DNA of 63,092 nucleotides, counting the filler, from Ministeria vibrans ATCC 50519 (Eukaryota > Protista > Filasterea), in the NCBI GenBank assembly GCA_943704425.1. It is 5 parts of 5 records of this genome, joined end to end, with 100 filler letters (N's around TTAATTAATTAA, not from the genome) between each part and the next. Parts side by side here need not be neighbours in the genome. Positions count along the whole stretch, not along the records: positions 33,157 to 59,993 come from CALSCP010000380.1; 4 more parts are not named here. One strand, 5' to 3'. Of the stretch, positions 34,287-47,683 are shown in pieces. Both the position numbers and the translations under genes were made by a program. Below the pieces are notes generated by a model that was not told the origin of the DNA, did not search any database, and worked only from the letters and a program-made list of their open reading frames with translations. Each line of letters begins with the position of its first letter. The stretch's first letter is position 1.

Positions 34287-35269
34287 GTGTGTGTCTGTGA
34301 ATGCCTGTGTGTAGTATGTCGTTATCTCTCTCGCACTGTCATTCTCTCTTGTTTTGTTCGCAACTGAACTTTTCTTTTTTTTCTGTCTGTCAGGCTCAGG
34401 CACTTTCGCTCTATGGCGCCCTCTACAGTGAACTTGGTCTTGATGACTACATGGGAATGTCGCTCTCGAGCCAGTCGAGACAGGTATTTTCATCTCATGT
34501 TGTTGAGAAGTTTTGTCTCTTCTTATTTTCTTATTATTATTATTTTTCAGCTTGCTGTTCCGGAGGGAACGTCCGCTGTTGTCGCACATGCACTGCCTCA
34601 GGAGCTTGCTGGCTTGAAGAAGGCGGAAGTGACGCACGGAGTTCGACCGGTTGTGCTGTGCAAGGACTCGGAAAAGAAGATGGGACTGGCGGTGAAGGCG
34701 GTGAACAAGGGCGTGTTCATTTCGTGTGTGTGGGCGCGCTCGCCTGCCGCACTTGCCGGTCTGCGTGTGGGCGACCAGATCTTGCAGATTGACGGCGAGA
34801 GCGTGGCGGGATTCAGCTCAGACAAGGCACTGAAGCGTCTCAAGCAGTGCAGTGTGGACCGTGTGTGTCTGATTGTGCGCGACCGACCTTTCCAGCGCAC
34901 CATCACGCTCAACAAGGACTCGCAGGGCAACTGCGGCTTCGTCTTCAAGAACCTCGTCGTCACGGCTATCTGCAAGGACACCTCCGCCGCGCGCAACGGC
35001 CTCACCACCAGCCACAACATCCTCGAAGTCGACGGTCAAAACGTCATTGGCCTCAAAGTAATAATAATAATATTAATTATTTTTATTATTTGATTTCTAA
35101 CATTTTTAAATCACGTGTGTAGGACAAGGACGTGCTTGAGCTGATCCACGCGGCGGGCACAGCCGTCACGTTCACCATCATGCCGTCGGTCATCTACAAG
35201 GAGATGGAGAAGAACCTCAGCTCGGGCATGCGCAAGAACATGGACCACTCCATCCCCCCGGACTGGTGA
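33654..35269 (+). CDS. SDCBP: Syntenin (tandem PDZ adaptor)
   Basis: MSLYPSIESL; LYSELGLDDYMG; PDZ1 VVLCKD..GDQILQIDG; RDRPFQRTITLNKDS PDZ2; ends MDHSIPPDW. Confidence 0.95.
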
Positions 35270-35410
35270 AGACCTCTCTCTTTTCTTTTTTCAACAATTA
35301 TACTACTCAACTGTGATCTTTCTTAAAAAATAAAAAAATAATTTCTTTTTTCGATCATTATCATTGTTATGCGGGTCAACAATAATAATAATTATTATAT
35401 TTTGGGTTTG

Positions 35411-36391
35411 TTATGCAAAAGAGCGACGGCGGTGGAGGAGGGAGCGACGAGACGCAGTAGCGCGCTGGAGATCAAGTAGGACGGGGATGTCCTGGGTAGA
35501 GTCGAGACAAATGGGGGTTTTGCTTTGAGCAGAGGTGGGTGCGGGGCGAAGAGGTGGCAGAGTGAAGGTGCGTCGCAGAGGATAGTGATTCCGCGCAGTT
35601 GCAGATGAGTGTGATGGCAGCTGGTAGGTGTGTCGTTGTGGAGGTTGGGTGGGTGGTTTGGACGCAGCTTGGGTGCGATTGTAGGCGCCTTTCAGGGTCA
35701 CATACCCTAGTGTGTGTCCCTCTTGAACAAGTCTCTTCTGCCACTCGCGTCGTCGTCTGCGTCTGACACCTAAGCACACAAAGGAGAGGAAGGTAAGAAA
35801 CGTGACATACTTCGTATTGCAGATAGTACTCTCGCGGGGAGTTGCTTGCAAGTCGACATCTTCGCCATGAAACTGGCCGGGTGACTCTGGCTCAGAGCGT
35901 TTGGGCATTTTCTGAAGGAGATTGACATCTTCAATGGAAGTCCAACGCGGCGGTTGTCCTCGTCGCACAACCTGAGCGTCCCACTCCTATCGACCACGAC
36001 AGGAGGGGTGAGTGTGTCAAACATAGTGTTTGGTGGTTCGAGTACTACCTCTGGATGTGTGATCACTGAGGGCGCCATAGCCAGAGCGGTAAGCGGTTTA
36101 GTTCGAGATTTTTTTGTCGTCTTTCCCCACATCCGCCTTTCAAAGGAACAATTGTCTTCGGGTTCCGCCCACACAGGTCGAAAGCCCTTCTGTACATTGG
36201 TGTAAACCATTTTTCGGTCCTTTACCAGCCTACGAGGTGGAGGGAGGTGGGAAAGTTGTCGCATCCTTGACAACCGCAAATTTCCTTAGCAACAACACTC
36301 CATACTTGTCATCCCATTTTCGTTTGTCGTTCTTGTGAGATGCAGGATATGCACGGAGCTCAAATGCACCTTTTGATGGAAGGCTTGTCAT
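35411..36391 (-). CDS. Hypothetical basic protein, 3 exons (~280-290 aa)
   Basis: ATG 36391, with GT-AG introns at ~36305-36230 and ~35810-35770 joining ORFs 35770..36279 and 35411..35968 in frame. Confidence 0.6.
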
Positions 36392-36473
36392 TACTTATAA
36401 AGAAGAAGAGAAAAATTAATAATAATTAATTGCAATATTGAATAATTTTTTCCTATTATATTTTTGTGTTTTA

Positions 36474-36931
36474 TTACATGAACAAATCCTCTTCACTGCT
36501 GCTGCCACTGCCTTCAACAAGAGGCATCGCGCCGCCGTCGGCTGTGTTGTTGTCGCGCGTGTCTTTGCGAGAGCGCACAACAACACGGTCGAGGCGACGT
36601 GCGTGGCGCTTGAGGGAGGGCCGCCAGCCACAGCACGGGGTGACACGGACGTCGTCGACGGACTCGGGAAGCGTGAGCCCTTTCGTCTCAGGCAACCACA
36701 TGGTGAGGAGCGTCGAACAGAAGGTGAGACAGGCGAAGAAGATAAAAGGAAGAACGGTCGACGACGACGATAGAATCAACGGCGCAACAATCCCTCCAAA
36801 CCGAGCTGCTTGACTGCCCAGCCCGAGACCCGTCGAGCGCAATGAGGTCGGGAACACTTCGCTCGACTGCACGTAGATAATGGAAAAGGCCGAAGTAATG
36901 GCAATCTTGCAAAGAAACCCAAGAATATCCC

Positions 36932-36968
<37 letters not shown>

Positions 36969-38613
36969 GAGGGAGAAAGAAACAAAGTGATAAGAGAGAG
37001 AGAGAGAGAAAGGAGGGAGAAAGAAACAAAGTGATAGAGAGAGAGAGAGAGAAAGGAGGGAGAAAGAAACAAAGTGATAGAGAGAGAGAGAGAAAGGAGG
37101 GAGAAAGAAACAAAGTGATAGAGAGAGAGAGAGAAAGGAGGGAGAAAGAAACAAAGTGATAGAAAGAGAGAGAGAGAGAGGAAGGGGCAGAGAGAGAGAG
37201 GAAGGGAAACAGAAAACGAATAAAATAATAATAGAGAAAAAGAAGAAACATACGTATGAGACAAGAGAAGTAGAAAAAAAAACAATCATGAAAAAACGCA
37301 CTTAAAGGTGGACTGAGGAACCGCAGCAAAGCCAATGGCACCGAGGGCAGTGCAGCCCATGGTGAGCACAAAGGAGGTACGCCGCCCAGTGTAGTGCAGT
37401 AGGCCATACGCTATTATGTACGATGGAATCTCAAGCAGCGCCATCAGTGCGGCATTGGTGTACAGGTTTCCATTGAGATTCGCTACAGCATAATAATATA
37501 AATAGTTCTTTCTTCTTCAGTGACTTTTGTCTCTTACGTGTGTTGAGAGTGAGACCATAATAAACAAAGGAACAGGTAAACCAGTTGAAGGCAGTGATGG
37601 ACGAAATGCAGCGGAGCGAGCTGGGACGACACACTCGAGCAGTGTCGTGTGCGAGGGCCCGCACGGCGGCAAACAGCCAGAAAGACGAGGGCGAGGTGGG
37701 CTGGGCAGCGGCGGCTGCGGCGGCCGCGAGTGCCTCGGGCGGGATGGCCAGTTCCAAGGGCGATGGGAGCACGCGTGAGTTACGTAATGACATGACGCGT
37801 AGTACCGCAATGGCTTCGCTGTGCATTGCGCGCGACAGCAGCCATCGGGGACTCTCCACGACCCAACCGTGTTCAATCACAATGACAAGAAGCGCCGGAA
37901 ACAGTCCGGTGAGCACTGAGAGTGCTCGCCAGCGACTGGGCAGAGCTGCTGCACCCGCCACAAGTATCATGAGACCCACCGAGAAGGCAAAGGTGAGCAA
38001 GACCCCGATGCGAGCGCGTAAACGCGAGGGCGACGTCTCTAACGTGAGCACGACAGATGCGAGAATGATGCCACCCACAGAGACACCCGAGACGAGTCGC
38101 AACAGAGCGTACAGTGGGTACCAGGGGGCAAAGCTGGAGAGAACTACACTAAACACGGTCGCCCAGGCAAACCAGCGGTAGGTGCGGCGCCGGCCCCACC
38201 GCTGGTCCGAGAGCCAGCCAGCCAGGAAGGCCCCAATGAACCAGCCGAGGAAGTACAACATGGAGGGCACAGCGAGCTCAGCCGCCGACAACTTCCATTC
38301 GGCAGCAATGGTTGGGTATGCCATGTAGCCCGATGCGGTGAGCGTGGTGTTGTGTGCGACGTCAGCACTGCCATTGACGAAAATCTGAGACACAAGTGAA
38401 GATACAAAAAAAAAAAGGGGGTTCTTCTTATCGCCCGGAAAAGATTGGTATGGCCACTTGGAGTCTTACGGGCGACAGGGTCACCATGCCGCCAGCAATG
38501 CCTGCTAGAGCGCCCACAGCGGCAATCTCTTTTTGGATTCGGCCAAAGTCGCCAATGGAGACAAAACATTCGTCAACGGTGGGTTTGGGCGGGCGGGGCA
38601 ACTCCTCCTCCTC

Positions 38614-38648
<35 letters not shown>

Positions 38649-38757
38649 GCGGCGGGAAGGCACCGTCCCCTCCGTCTGATTCTTGATCAAGCCCGGATAC
38701 ATCGCGTCTTGGCGAACTCACGGCGGGCCCCTCGAGCTCGTCATCATCATCCATCAT
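36474..38757 (-). CDS. MFS transporter, SLC22/organic cation-like
   Basis: IGDFGRIQ; GWLSDQRWGRR; ESPRWL; FVYYGLTL; SEVFPTSLRSTGLG; LPETKG. Confidence 0.92.
36933..37200. repeat. Tandem minisatellite, unit about GGGAGAAAGAAACAAAGTGATA(GA)n
   Basis: Five near-identical units in an MFS intron; the same unit recurs at several other loci. Confidence 0.9.
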
Positions 38758-39034
38758 CTTGGGTTGAATGAATCACGAATTAGACTGAAATCACTGAATA
38801 ATTTCAATACTAAGTATTGAGCATTGACTGATCCAAAGTCACACACACATACACACACAAATTGTATTACGATTGATTGAGGTTAGACTATGGCAGAAGG
38901 CCAGAAGCATTGTATTGTATTTCTCTTCATGTTACTGCTTCCTTAAACATTTCACTGATAAAATAATATTATTACTGTGCAATAGGCAACTCAGCGTGCC
39001 TTCACTCACAGAATAATCATCTTTGAATGGTTGC

Positions 39035-39451
39035 TTAGAGTGGGCCACAGTACATGACGCATCCATTGTAGGGACCGACGGGCTCAGGGCGCAGACCACG
39101 CTGGAGCATACGACAACGCCAGGAACGCAACCGAGTTGCCTGTACCTGCGCAATAAAGGGTGTCTCGGAGGACGACCACAGGAGCTCGCTGAGAGCCGTG
39201 GCACGAGGCCATACACGCGGAAAGGCATTGGTCGCGTCCACCGACTCACCCCACATCGACGCAGACGACCCTAGCATGCGCAGGCGTTCCGTGGGGGTCC
39301 ACTCGCTATCCTCAATCTGCTGTGAGTAGAAATCACTCCACGCCTGCGACAGATTGTCTACAGCAAACAGATATCCAATTGCGCGAAGAGAAAGAGTGAG
39401 TGAGTGAGTGAGTGTGTATATATAATAATTATAAGAATAATAATAACAATA

Positions 39452-39484
<33 letters not shown>

Positions 39485-41588
39485 TATAAAATGCTTGATG
39501 TACCTAGGTAGAAGGGCTGCGAGTAAATGACATCATGGCGACTTTTTAGCAGACGGGAAACCTTGTCGAGACCACCACCCCACACTTCAACGGCCACCTC
39601 CTCCGGGATAACTGCGCCATTGGAGTACATGTCGTCCCACAGCTGCAGCTGGCGCCCATGCGACTTGACAATGGCGTTGACGCGCGACACATACATCGAT
39701 GTCAGGTTGGTCATGGTGTAGTTGTGTGCAGCCATGTACGCACGGATGGTTGCAGAGTCGTTCAGACACGCGTAGTTAACCTCATCGCCACCCAAATGCA
39801 CCTAGCAATGAAGTGAGTAACAAAAATGGAGAAAGTAAGAGAGTGTTCGAGCGAGAGAGAAAACAAAGAAAAGAGGCGTACAACTGCATCGGGAAAAATA
39901 GTCGTGACAGCACCAACAAAACCGTCAATAAAGGAGTAGGTGGTGTCAAGGGTGATGTCGAAGACAGCACAGGACGCAGTGCCCTGCAGCCACGGATACG
40001 ACTTCATCCACGACGTAGCATGTCCTGCAACGCAACATTGTCACTTTTCTTTTCTTCTTTCCTCTCTTTCTTTCTCCTTCCACCACTAGATGTCTTTCTC
40101 CCCTCCTCTCTCTCTCTATCACTTTGTTTCTTTCTCCCACCTTTCTCTCTCTCTCTATCACTTTGTTTCTTTCTCCCACCTTTCTCTCTCTCTATCACTT
40201 TCTTTCTTTCTCCCTCCTTCTCCTTTCTCTCTCTCTCTATCTCTCTCTTTTGCTATAAGTTGTGTACCAGGCATGTCGAATTCAGGGATGACACGAATGC
40301 CGCGTTCGTAAGCGTACTGGACAATGTCCTTGGCCTGCTGCGTCGAGTAGGTGGCGTGCGCCGTGTCGTATGCGCCGTTGGTTGCCAGTGCCTCGTAGCC
40401 TGGGATGTATAGAGGAAATGATGGGTCGTCGCTGACGTGCCAGTGTAGCACATTAAGCTTGGCCGCACTCATTGCGTCAAGGTGCTGCAGAATAACACTC
40501 ATTGGCAGGAAGTGCCGACTCGTATCAATCATGAGAGCACGGTAGGGCTTTTGCGCCACATCGCTAATCTCCAGAGGCAGTGCCGGCGAGAACGAACACT
40601 CGCCTGTCCAGTCAAACACAATCAGCTGCGACAGCGTCTCCAGTCCACGAAGTGCACCCCACACAGTCTGCGCTACTATCTCAACACGACCCGACGTGGG
40701 CACACGCAATGTGTACGCTTCGTCCATGTCGGCGATCAGTTCCTCGCCAGACGATCTAAGTAGGCAAAAGAAACATACATAAAGATAGAGAGAGAGAGAG
40801 AGAGAGAGAAGAGAGAGAAGAGAGAGAAAGAGGAGAAAAAAAAACAAACAAAACAAAAACAAACAAAAAAAATTGAGATATGTGTGAAATCAACTCGTCG
40901 AAGCGTACAAGACTTTCACATTGCATCCAGTAATCGTCTCGCTCTGGGACGACTGGACGTTCACCTTGCTCGTGTCAGCTCGTGAAAACGAAGATGACAA
41001 CGAGGACGTCGTCGTCAGTGGTACGCGCACGGGACAGAGCATGCCGCGGTAGCGCTTGAGTGCTTTGGAGAGCACTGACGAATTGTGGCCCGTCGACGCA
41101 AAAGAAAAACTGCTGTTGTCGAACAGAGCAGAGGCGGTGCCGGCCGACCACTTCGCAGGCATCGGCCACACATTAAACGGAGGCGGTGTGGGCAAGGGCG
41201 GCGGCGGCGGCTGGCGGACGTACCTGGAATAGAGAAAAGTTCAGAGTGAGACCGTCCGCAAACAACACACCCGTACAAATCTGTATTGTCCTGCTCCCCC
41301 AGATCAGCCAGCGAGTACTTCAAAGTACCTAACACAAGTGAAAATCAGTCCTCCCCTTGCGTGTGAGTGCACGCATGGCCTTGGTCATTGCGTACCAAAG
41401 GTGACAGAGAAGCCAGCACAGTAAGTGCGCGCCAAACAAGCCTTCTTGAGAGAGGGAACGTCCCTTTGAGCCATCACCGTAATGTCATGGTTCCCGTTGT
41501 TGTCCACGCCATGGTGGATGTCCCACGTAACCCCAAGTGCCAACTGTGGGACACACAGCGCCAGCACAGCGACCGTCGAGAGCAACAT
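39035..41588 (-). CDS. Beta-hexosaminidase (GH20) with an extra N-terminal Cys-containing module
   Basis: VWPMP; WGALRGLETLSQL; MIDTSRHF; LNVLHWH; GIRVIPEFDMPG; catalytic HLGGDEV; MWGESVD..VWPRA; stop at 39035. Confidence 0.93.
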
Positions 41589-41888
41589 TATTCAAAGTTG
41601 AATAAATCTGAAATCATGGAACTTTTAACTTCCTCGCTTGAAAACCACTTTGAAAACCGACTCTGAATCGCCTAAACAGCATTACGACAGGTAGATCGCA
41701 CAAGGTATCTAACAACCTGCCACTGTCCAGTGAAGTACAACTCGCTTGGAAGTAGGCAGTGAGTGCTTAGTAACATTTGTCGTTCCGAGTTTGATAACTT
41801 TGATTTTCTTTTTTTCATTTCTTTATTAATTATCTTTAGCTTGCGACCGTCGTTCAATACTCGGCGTGTCAAAGAGTAACTGTCCGAC

Positions 41889-44800
41889 ATGTCGTCGCCT
41901 TCTCAGCCGCGAAAGGTAAAACATCAAAAAGAGAAAAAAAAAGAAGAAAAAAAATTCAAACATGACTCTTTGGTCGTTGGTTAGGTGAGAATACCGAGCG
42001 CATTCCTCACCACGTCCACGGGAGGGACTGGGCCGGCGCCGCAGCCGCCCGTGGCCAGTCGTCCTGTGGGGTTGGCGCGCGCGCAGAGCGAACGCCGCCC
42101 GCCCCGTCCGACGCCGCCGACGCTGGGGACGCCGCTCTCGCCCTCGCCGGCGCCGTCCGCCGCGTCGCCCCTCGCCCCGACCACCCCCGCTGCCGCATCC
42201 TCCACGCTGCCTTCTTCTGCCGACGCCAAACCCGCCGGTGCAGGCCCACGGCTACAGCGAGCCGCAACAGTCCACAATCGCCCGTCAGCTCAGCAAATTC
42301 GCCTTCCTCCTTCAGCCATCAAACCTCCCGTTCCACTGCCGAATGCCGCGCCAGCAGCGACACCCTCATCGTCGCAGCAGGATGCTCCCGCGGTCCTTCC
42401 CAAACCCGCTCGTCCCGCTCCGCCAAGCTCAACAGCACTCTCAAAACTGACCGCTCGAGCCGCCACAAAGGCTCCCATTCCCACTCCCACATCAGCATCA
42501 TCCACATCGACTCCCACCACACCTGTAACACCGACAGCTGTTTCCAGTCCTGCCACCGCCGTTTCAGCAGCCTCGTCAACATCGTCTGTGCCACCCCGTC
42601 CGCGCATTGCGCGTCCGCCTCCGCCCGTCTCTGCCAAGCCTGCCCAGTTTGTGCCCATGTCCGAAGACGAGAAACGCTTTCAGGAGCTTCGCGACGAGTC
42701 TCGCAGACTACTTGCGGGCACCATGGCCGTCTCGGAAATGGACCCGGAAGTTGCCGAGTTTCGTGCGGCCGTCGGAGAGCTCCGCCGCGCCTTTATCTGC
42801 ACCGACACCACCTCCAATCCGGGCGTGTGCCTCTCCCCCGTCGCCCTTTCTCTCTCCAACAGCAACCAGCGGCAGAGTTCGCTTCAGGCCGCTGTCGACA
42901 TTGAAGTGTGGATCATGGATGACAGCACATTGTCAGGCGTCGCCGAGTCCCCAACACCCTCCTCCGCCCAAACGCCCTCCACCAACACCACCACAACCCC
43001 CATTGTAGCATCCTCTTCCGATCCCAGCACCACACCCATGCCCGTCTCACCTGATGTCCCTTCGGGTGTGCTTTCTCCCACCCCCACCTCCCCCGTCGCC
43101 CCGCGCGCCGCCAATAGCACCCCCAAGGCTCAAATCAAGCCATCCATGTCTGTCACCTGCGACGCCTTCACCACCATTGCCGAAATTGTCGAGACGGTCG
43201 TCAACGCCGCCAGCGAACAACATCTCATCACGGCCAATGCAACTCCCTCTGAGTACGTCCTCAAAGTGGTCGGTCTCGACGAGTACCTTGCACCCGTCCA
43301 CAGCACATCGGGTCGCACTCTCATGCTCATCGAGTGCGCCTGTGTTCACAGCGCCATGCGTTCCGTCGAACCCGTCCGCTTTGAGCTGGTCCCCGTCGCA
43401 TCGGTCTCTCGTTCGCTTGCGCGTACGGCGCGTGACGACGAGACCGAGTGTGCCTCTGATGCGCGTGCCGTGGTGCGCCGACGCGAACTCGTTTCGACCA
43501 AACGTCAGTCCTCCATCAGTTTAACCAACATGAGTTTGCTCCTGAGCAACTTCCACACAGCCGCACGCGAACTTGTTGCCCTGTGGTCGTCGGCTCCCGC
43601 CAACCAGGCTCCTCCGCTCGAACAAATCAACCTGCTTCACGTCCGTCTTCTCCAGAGTGTCAAGGCCATCTGCGTCTGTCTTGCCATGGTTGAAACCAAA
43701 AGCCTCCAAGCGGCCGTTGCCGATCTACACGCGCTTCTTCAGCAGTGCCGCGACGAAGCCGCTGCTCTCGAGGAGTCCTCTGCCGCAGCAGCAACAGCAG
43801 CAGCAGTAGTAGTAGCTTCAAGCACAACTGGCAACGGTGGTAGTGGTGGTGAAGGGACGGCGACTGCCTCTTCGTCGTTGCCATCGCCTTCCACTTCCAA
43901 TTCGAACGCACCCGCCTTGGCGACGTCCGCTGCCGCTTCCATTTCACCTGTCACAACACCCCTGCCTAGTGATTCCTCGACACCCGCACCGTCGACAACG
44001 CAGCAGCCACTCAGCGTAGGCTTCCGCCTGCCGGCGGTCAAGCCGACGCCCGTCAAGGAGGCGCGCGTCAAAGAGGTCACCGACAATCTGTTGCGCGAAG
44101 TGACGGAAACGGTCAAGTTGTATGCGTGTGCAGTTGACCGTGACATTGTGCCACCGCTCGAGTTGAAGCGCTTTGTCAGCGAAAACGAAACAAGCGATCT
44201 GCACGTATGGTCGGCCGTGTTCGACTCGCCGGTCTCAATCACTGTTGGTGCGCTCCACCGCATTCCTGCCCACTGGCGCGTTCACTCCATGTTTTCCGTG
44301 TCAATCACCATCAACTACGGTGATCGTCAACTGGCACATCCGAAAAAGACGCAGCGCGTGCGCATTGCTCGCTCGCTCTTTGAGGCAGCATCATTCGACG
44401 AGCCCCTCGTCTTCAATACGCTTCACGTCAACCAGTTGCCGCTCGAGGCGCGCGTTGCCATCACTGTTGCAGGCCATTCACCCGACCGTGACCATGTTGC
44501 GTTGGGGCACATTGCCTTCCCTCTTTTTGATCACAACGGTGCACTTCGCATTGGCGCTGCTCTCTTCTCGACAAACGAAGAGAAGCCCGGCGACGCCACC
44601 TCCTATCAGAACGACGTACTCCAGGAGCGCAACGGTCTCGTCACGCTGCACTTTGAAGAGTACGCCGGCGCGCGCGTTCAAATTCTCTACGGCACCGGTG
44701 ACATCCTTGCGGCCACGCGTCCTCGTTCATCGACACGCCACTCTCAGTCGTCTCTCACGTTGTCGTCGTCACCTCACTCTATTCGTCGTGTCTCCTCGAC

Positions 44801-47683
44801 CCTCTTGCGTAAACAGGCCAGTGTCAATTCTATCCATTCCCCGCACGCCGCCACTGCCTCTGCCTCAGAGCCTTCCAGCACTACACCCTCTGCTAACACC
44901 ACAAGCGACACCAACACCACCAGTAGCAGTCCCACTACTGCCTCTCCCGACATTGATCCACCCTTGGCACACGCACTGAAAAAGGACCCTCTTTCGTCAT
45001 TCAACGACATGGAACGCAACCTCTTGTGGGGTCATCGACACGACATTTGTCGTGTTGCTCCCGACCGTCTCATTCTTGTGCTTCGCTCCATCCCCCTTCT
45101 GACACAGCCCGAGCGCGAAGAGTTTGCAAAACTCCTGGGCGACTGGCCTTCTCTCGCACCCATGGACGCCATCGGTCTGCTGTACGGACGCTGCTGCAAC
45201 TCCACCGCACGCACTCTTGCCGTGCAGTGCCTCGACGACGATCTCTCCGACGACGACCTGGAAGACTATCTTCCCCAATTGGTTCAGGTAAAATATAATA
45301 ATATTAATTATTATTTATTATAATATTAATAATAATTAATTTTAGAATAATAATAATTATAATAATTATTATTATATTTTTATAATATTTTTAATAATAA
45401 TAACTAAATGTATTTGTCATGTAGGCACTCAAATCGGAAGCATACTTGCAGTCACCACTTGCCATGCTGCTTCTACGTCGCGCTGTTGGTAATGTGCGTC
45501 TTGCGCAGCAGCTGTTCTGGTTGCTGCGTGTCGAGCACGGGCATGGCCGACGCGCTCTGCTGCTCTTTGCCGAGGCGCTCATTACGTGTATGGGAGCACG
45601 CATGCGACGCTCGTTGCTGGAGCAAGTTAATCTGGTGGGTCGTTTGTCGGCGGTGGCGGACAAGTTGAAGCAGACAAAGGAGCCGCAGCGACGACATGTG
45701 GTGCGCGAAGAGCTGTACAGTGTCATTCGTGTCCTCCCGCCCGACTTTCGTCTGCCCACCAATCCAGCTATTGTGTGTCGCACCATTTGCGTCGATAAAT
45801 GTGGCTTCTTCTCGTCCAAGACGCTCCCCGTGCGGCTCGTGCTTGAAAACGACGACCGCGTTGCCGACCAGGTGCACGCCATGTTCAAGGCGGGTGACGA
45901 TATGCGCCAGGACATGCTGACGTTGCAGCTCATTCGTCTCATGGACAAGGTGTGGTTGCGCGACGGACTTGACTTGCAAATGATCACATACCGCTGCATT
46001 GCAACCGGCACCGACGCTGGTTTTATGGAGATGGTGCGTCATGCGGAGACACTGCGTGTGATCCAGACGCAATATGGTCTGACAGGCTCGTTCAAGGATA
46101 AGCCGCTGGCCGAGTGGCTGCGCAAGATGAACGTCGTCGACGGCGACTATCTCGACGCCGTGGACCGCTTCACGGCCTCGTGCGCAGGCTACTGCGTTGC
46201 CACGTACGTCCTGGGCATCTGCGATCGCCACAACGACAACATTATGGTGACGCGCACGGGCCATCTGTTCCACATTGACTTTGGCAAGTTTCTCGGGCAC
46301 GCGCAAAAGTTTGGCAATTTCAAGCGTGACCGAGCGCCCTTTGTACTCACCTCTGACATGCTGTATGTCATCAACAATGGTGAGCCGACGAGCGACCGCT
46401 TCCAAAAGTTTGTCTTCTACTGCTGCACCGCCTTCAACATACTGCGACGACACGCCGCCCTCTTCACCAACCTGCTGGCGCTCATGCTCTCCTCGGGCAT
46501 GCCCGAACTCAGCAGCGAAAAGGACGTCAAGTACGTGCGCGACGCCCTTCACCTGAGCTACTCGGACGATGCGGCTGCACAGCTCTTCCGCAAACTCATC
46601 GAGAAGAGCATTGGTTCCAAGTTCACCCAGATCAACTTTTTTATTCACAACCTGGCGCAAGCAGGTGCCAGTAGCAAGTCGTCCCGCTACTCTTTCTTCT
46701 CCGACCACCCGCGCGTCCACACGGCCGACTCGGTGCCCGTTCGCGAAGTGCGCGTCTCCGATATTGGCAAGCGCTACAACCCCGAGAAGTATTATCTCTA
46801 CGAGATTGGCGTGACGCTCACCGACGACACTCGTTACAAGATTTACCGTCGCTTCGAGGGCTTTTCCGAGCTCCATATGCTTCTCTCGACACAGCATCCT
46901 ACGACCACACCGGCCTTTCCCTCCAAAGTTGTTGTGGGTCGCTCGGCCATCCGCAAAGTGGCGCTGCGCCGTCAACGCGAACTTGACGACTTTTTACAGG
47001 AACTCATGCGCTCGAGCGTTTCCAAGAGTGACCTTGTGACCACTTTTTTACACCGGTTTGACACGGACAGCGTCGAAGAGGACAGTCAGGCGCGCATGCA
47101 CAACGGCCAGTCGTTCCGCACCAGCACCATGCCGGGCTCGTCGTCCACCACCAGTGTCTCTTCCTCGAGCTCCATGCGCAACAACAACCGTCCCCGCTCC
47201 ATCGACAGCAAACCGGCCAAGCAGGGCTTTCGTGTTCGCGCTCTCTACGACTACACACCCGCCCGTGCCGACGAATTGACTCTTAAGGTATGTACCTAAT
47301 TCAAAAACCAATAAGGATTATATTTGTGTTAATCACAGTCGTTGTGAATGTATTTTTTTTGAGCTTAGGTGGGCCAAGTGATCACAGATGTGACAAAGGA
47401 CGAGGACGACTGGTGGCACGGCCGCTCGGGTGGTCTGTGGGGAGTATTCCCACACAACTACGTTGAGCTGATAGAGGAGAGCAGTGTCACGACGAGCAGC
47501 GGTGGTGCGGGACCAGGGACGATCGCCGAGGAGGAGGACGACGACGACGATGACTTTGACGATGACGATGACTTTGATGACGATGGCGGAGATGACAACG
47601 AAGATGCCGTTGCCGTGCTTGCCTCCCATCACCCTAACGAGAAGCCTATTGATATCCATGAGCTACTCTCGCCCGCTCTCTAA
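41889..47683 (+). CDS. PIK3C2: Class II phosphoinositide 3-kinase (RBD-C2-helical-kinase-PX) with C-terminal SH3
   Basis: FKAGDDMRQDMLTLQ; GLTGSFKDKPL; CDRHNDN; HIDFGKFLGHAQ; QINFFIHNLAQ; PX domain (KRYNPEKYY..YRRF..F); SH3 ALYDY..WW..FPHNYV. Confidence 0.93.

Noticed and set aside
35770-41588. Apparent premature stops or frameshifts suggesting readthrough, selenocysteine or pseudogenes (e.g. TGA at 41385, TAG at 36230)
   Set aside because: Each case I checked is removed by a canonical GT-AG intron that restores the frame.
45473-46975. 500-aa antisense ORF over the PI3K kinase domain (similar cases at 9535-11071, 49013-49795, 51715-52680)
   Set aside because: Shadow ORFs expected from GC-rich codon bias; no recognisable motifs.
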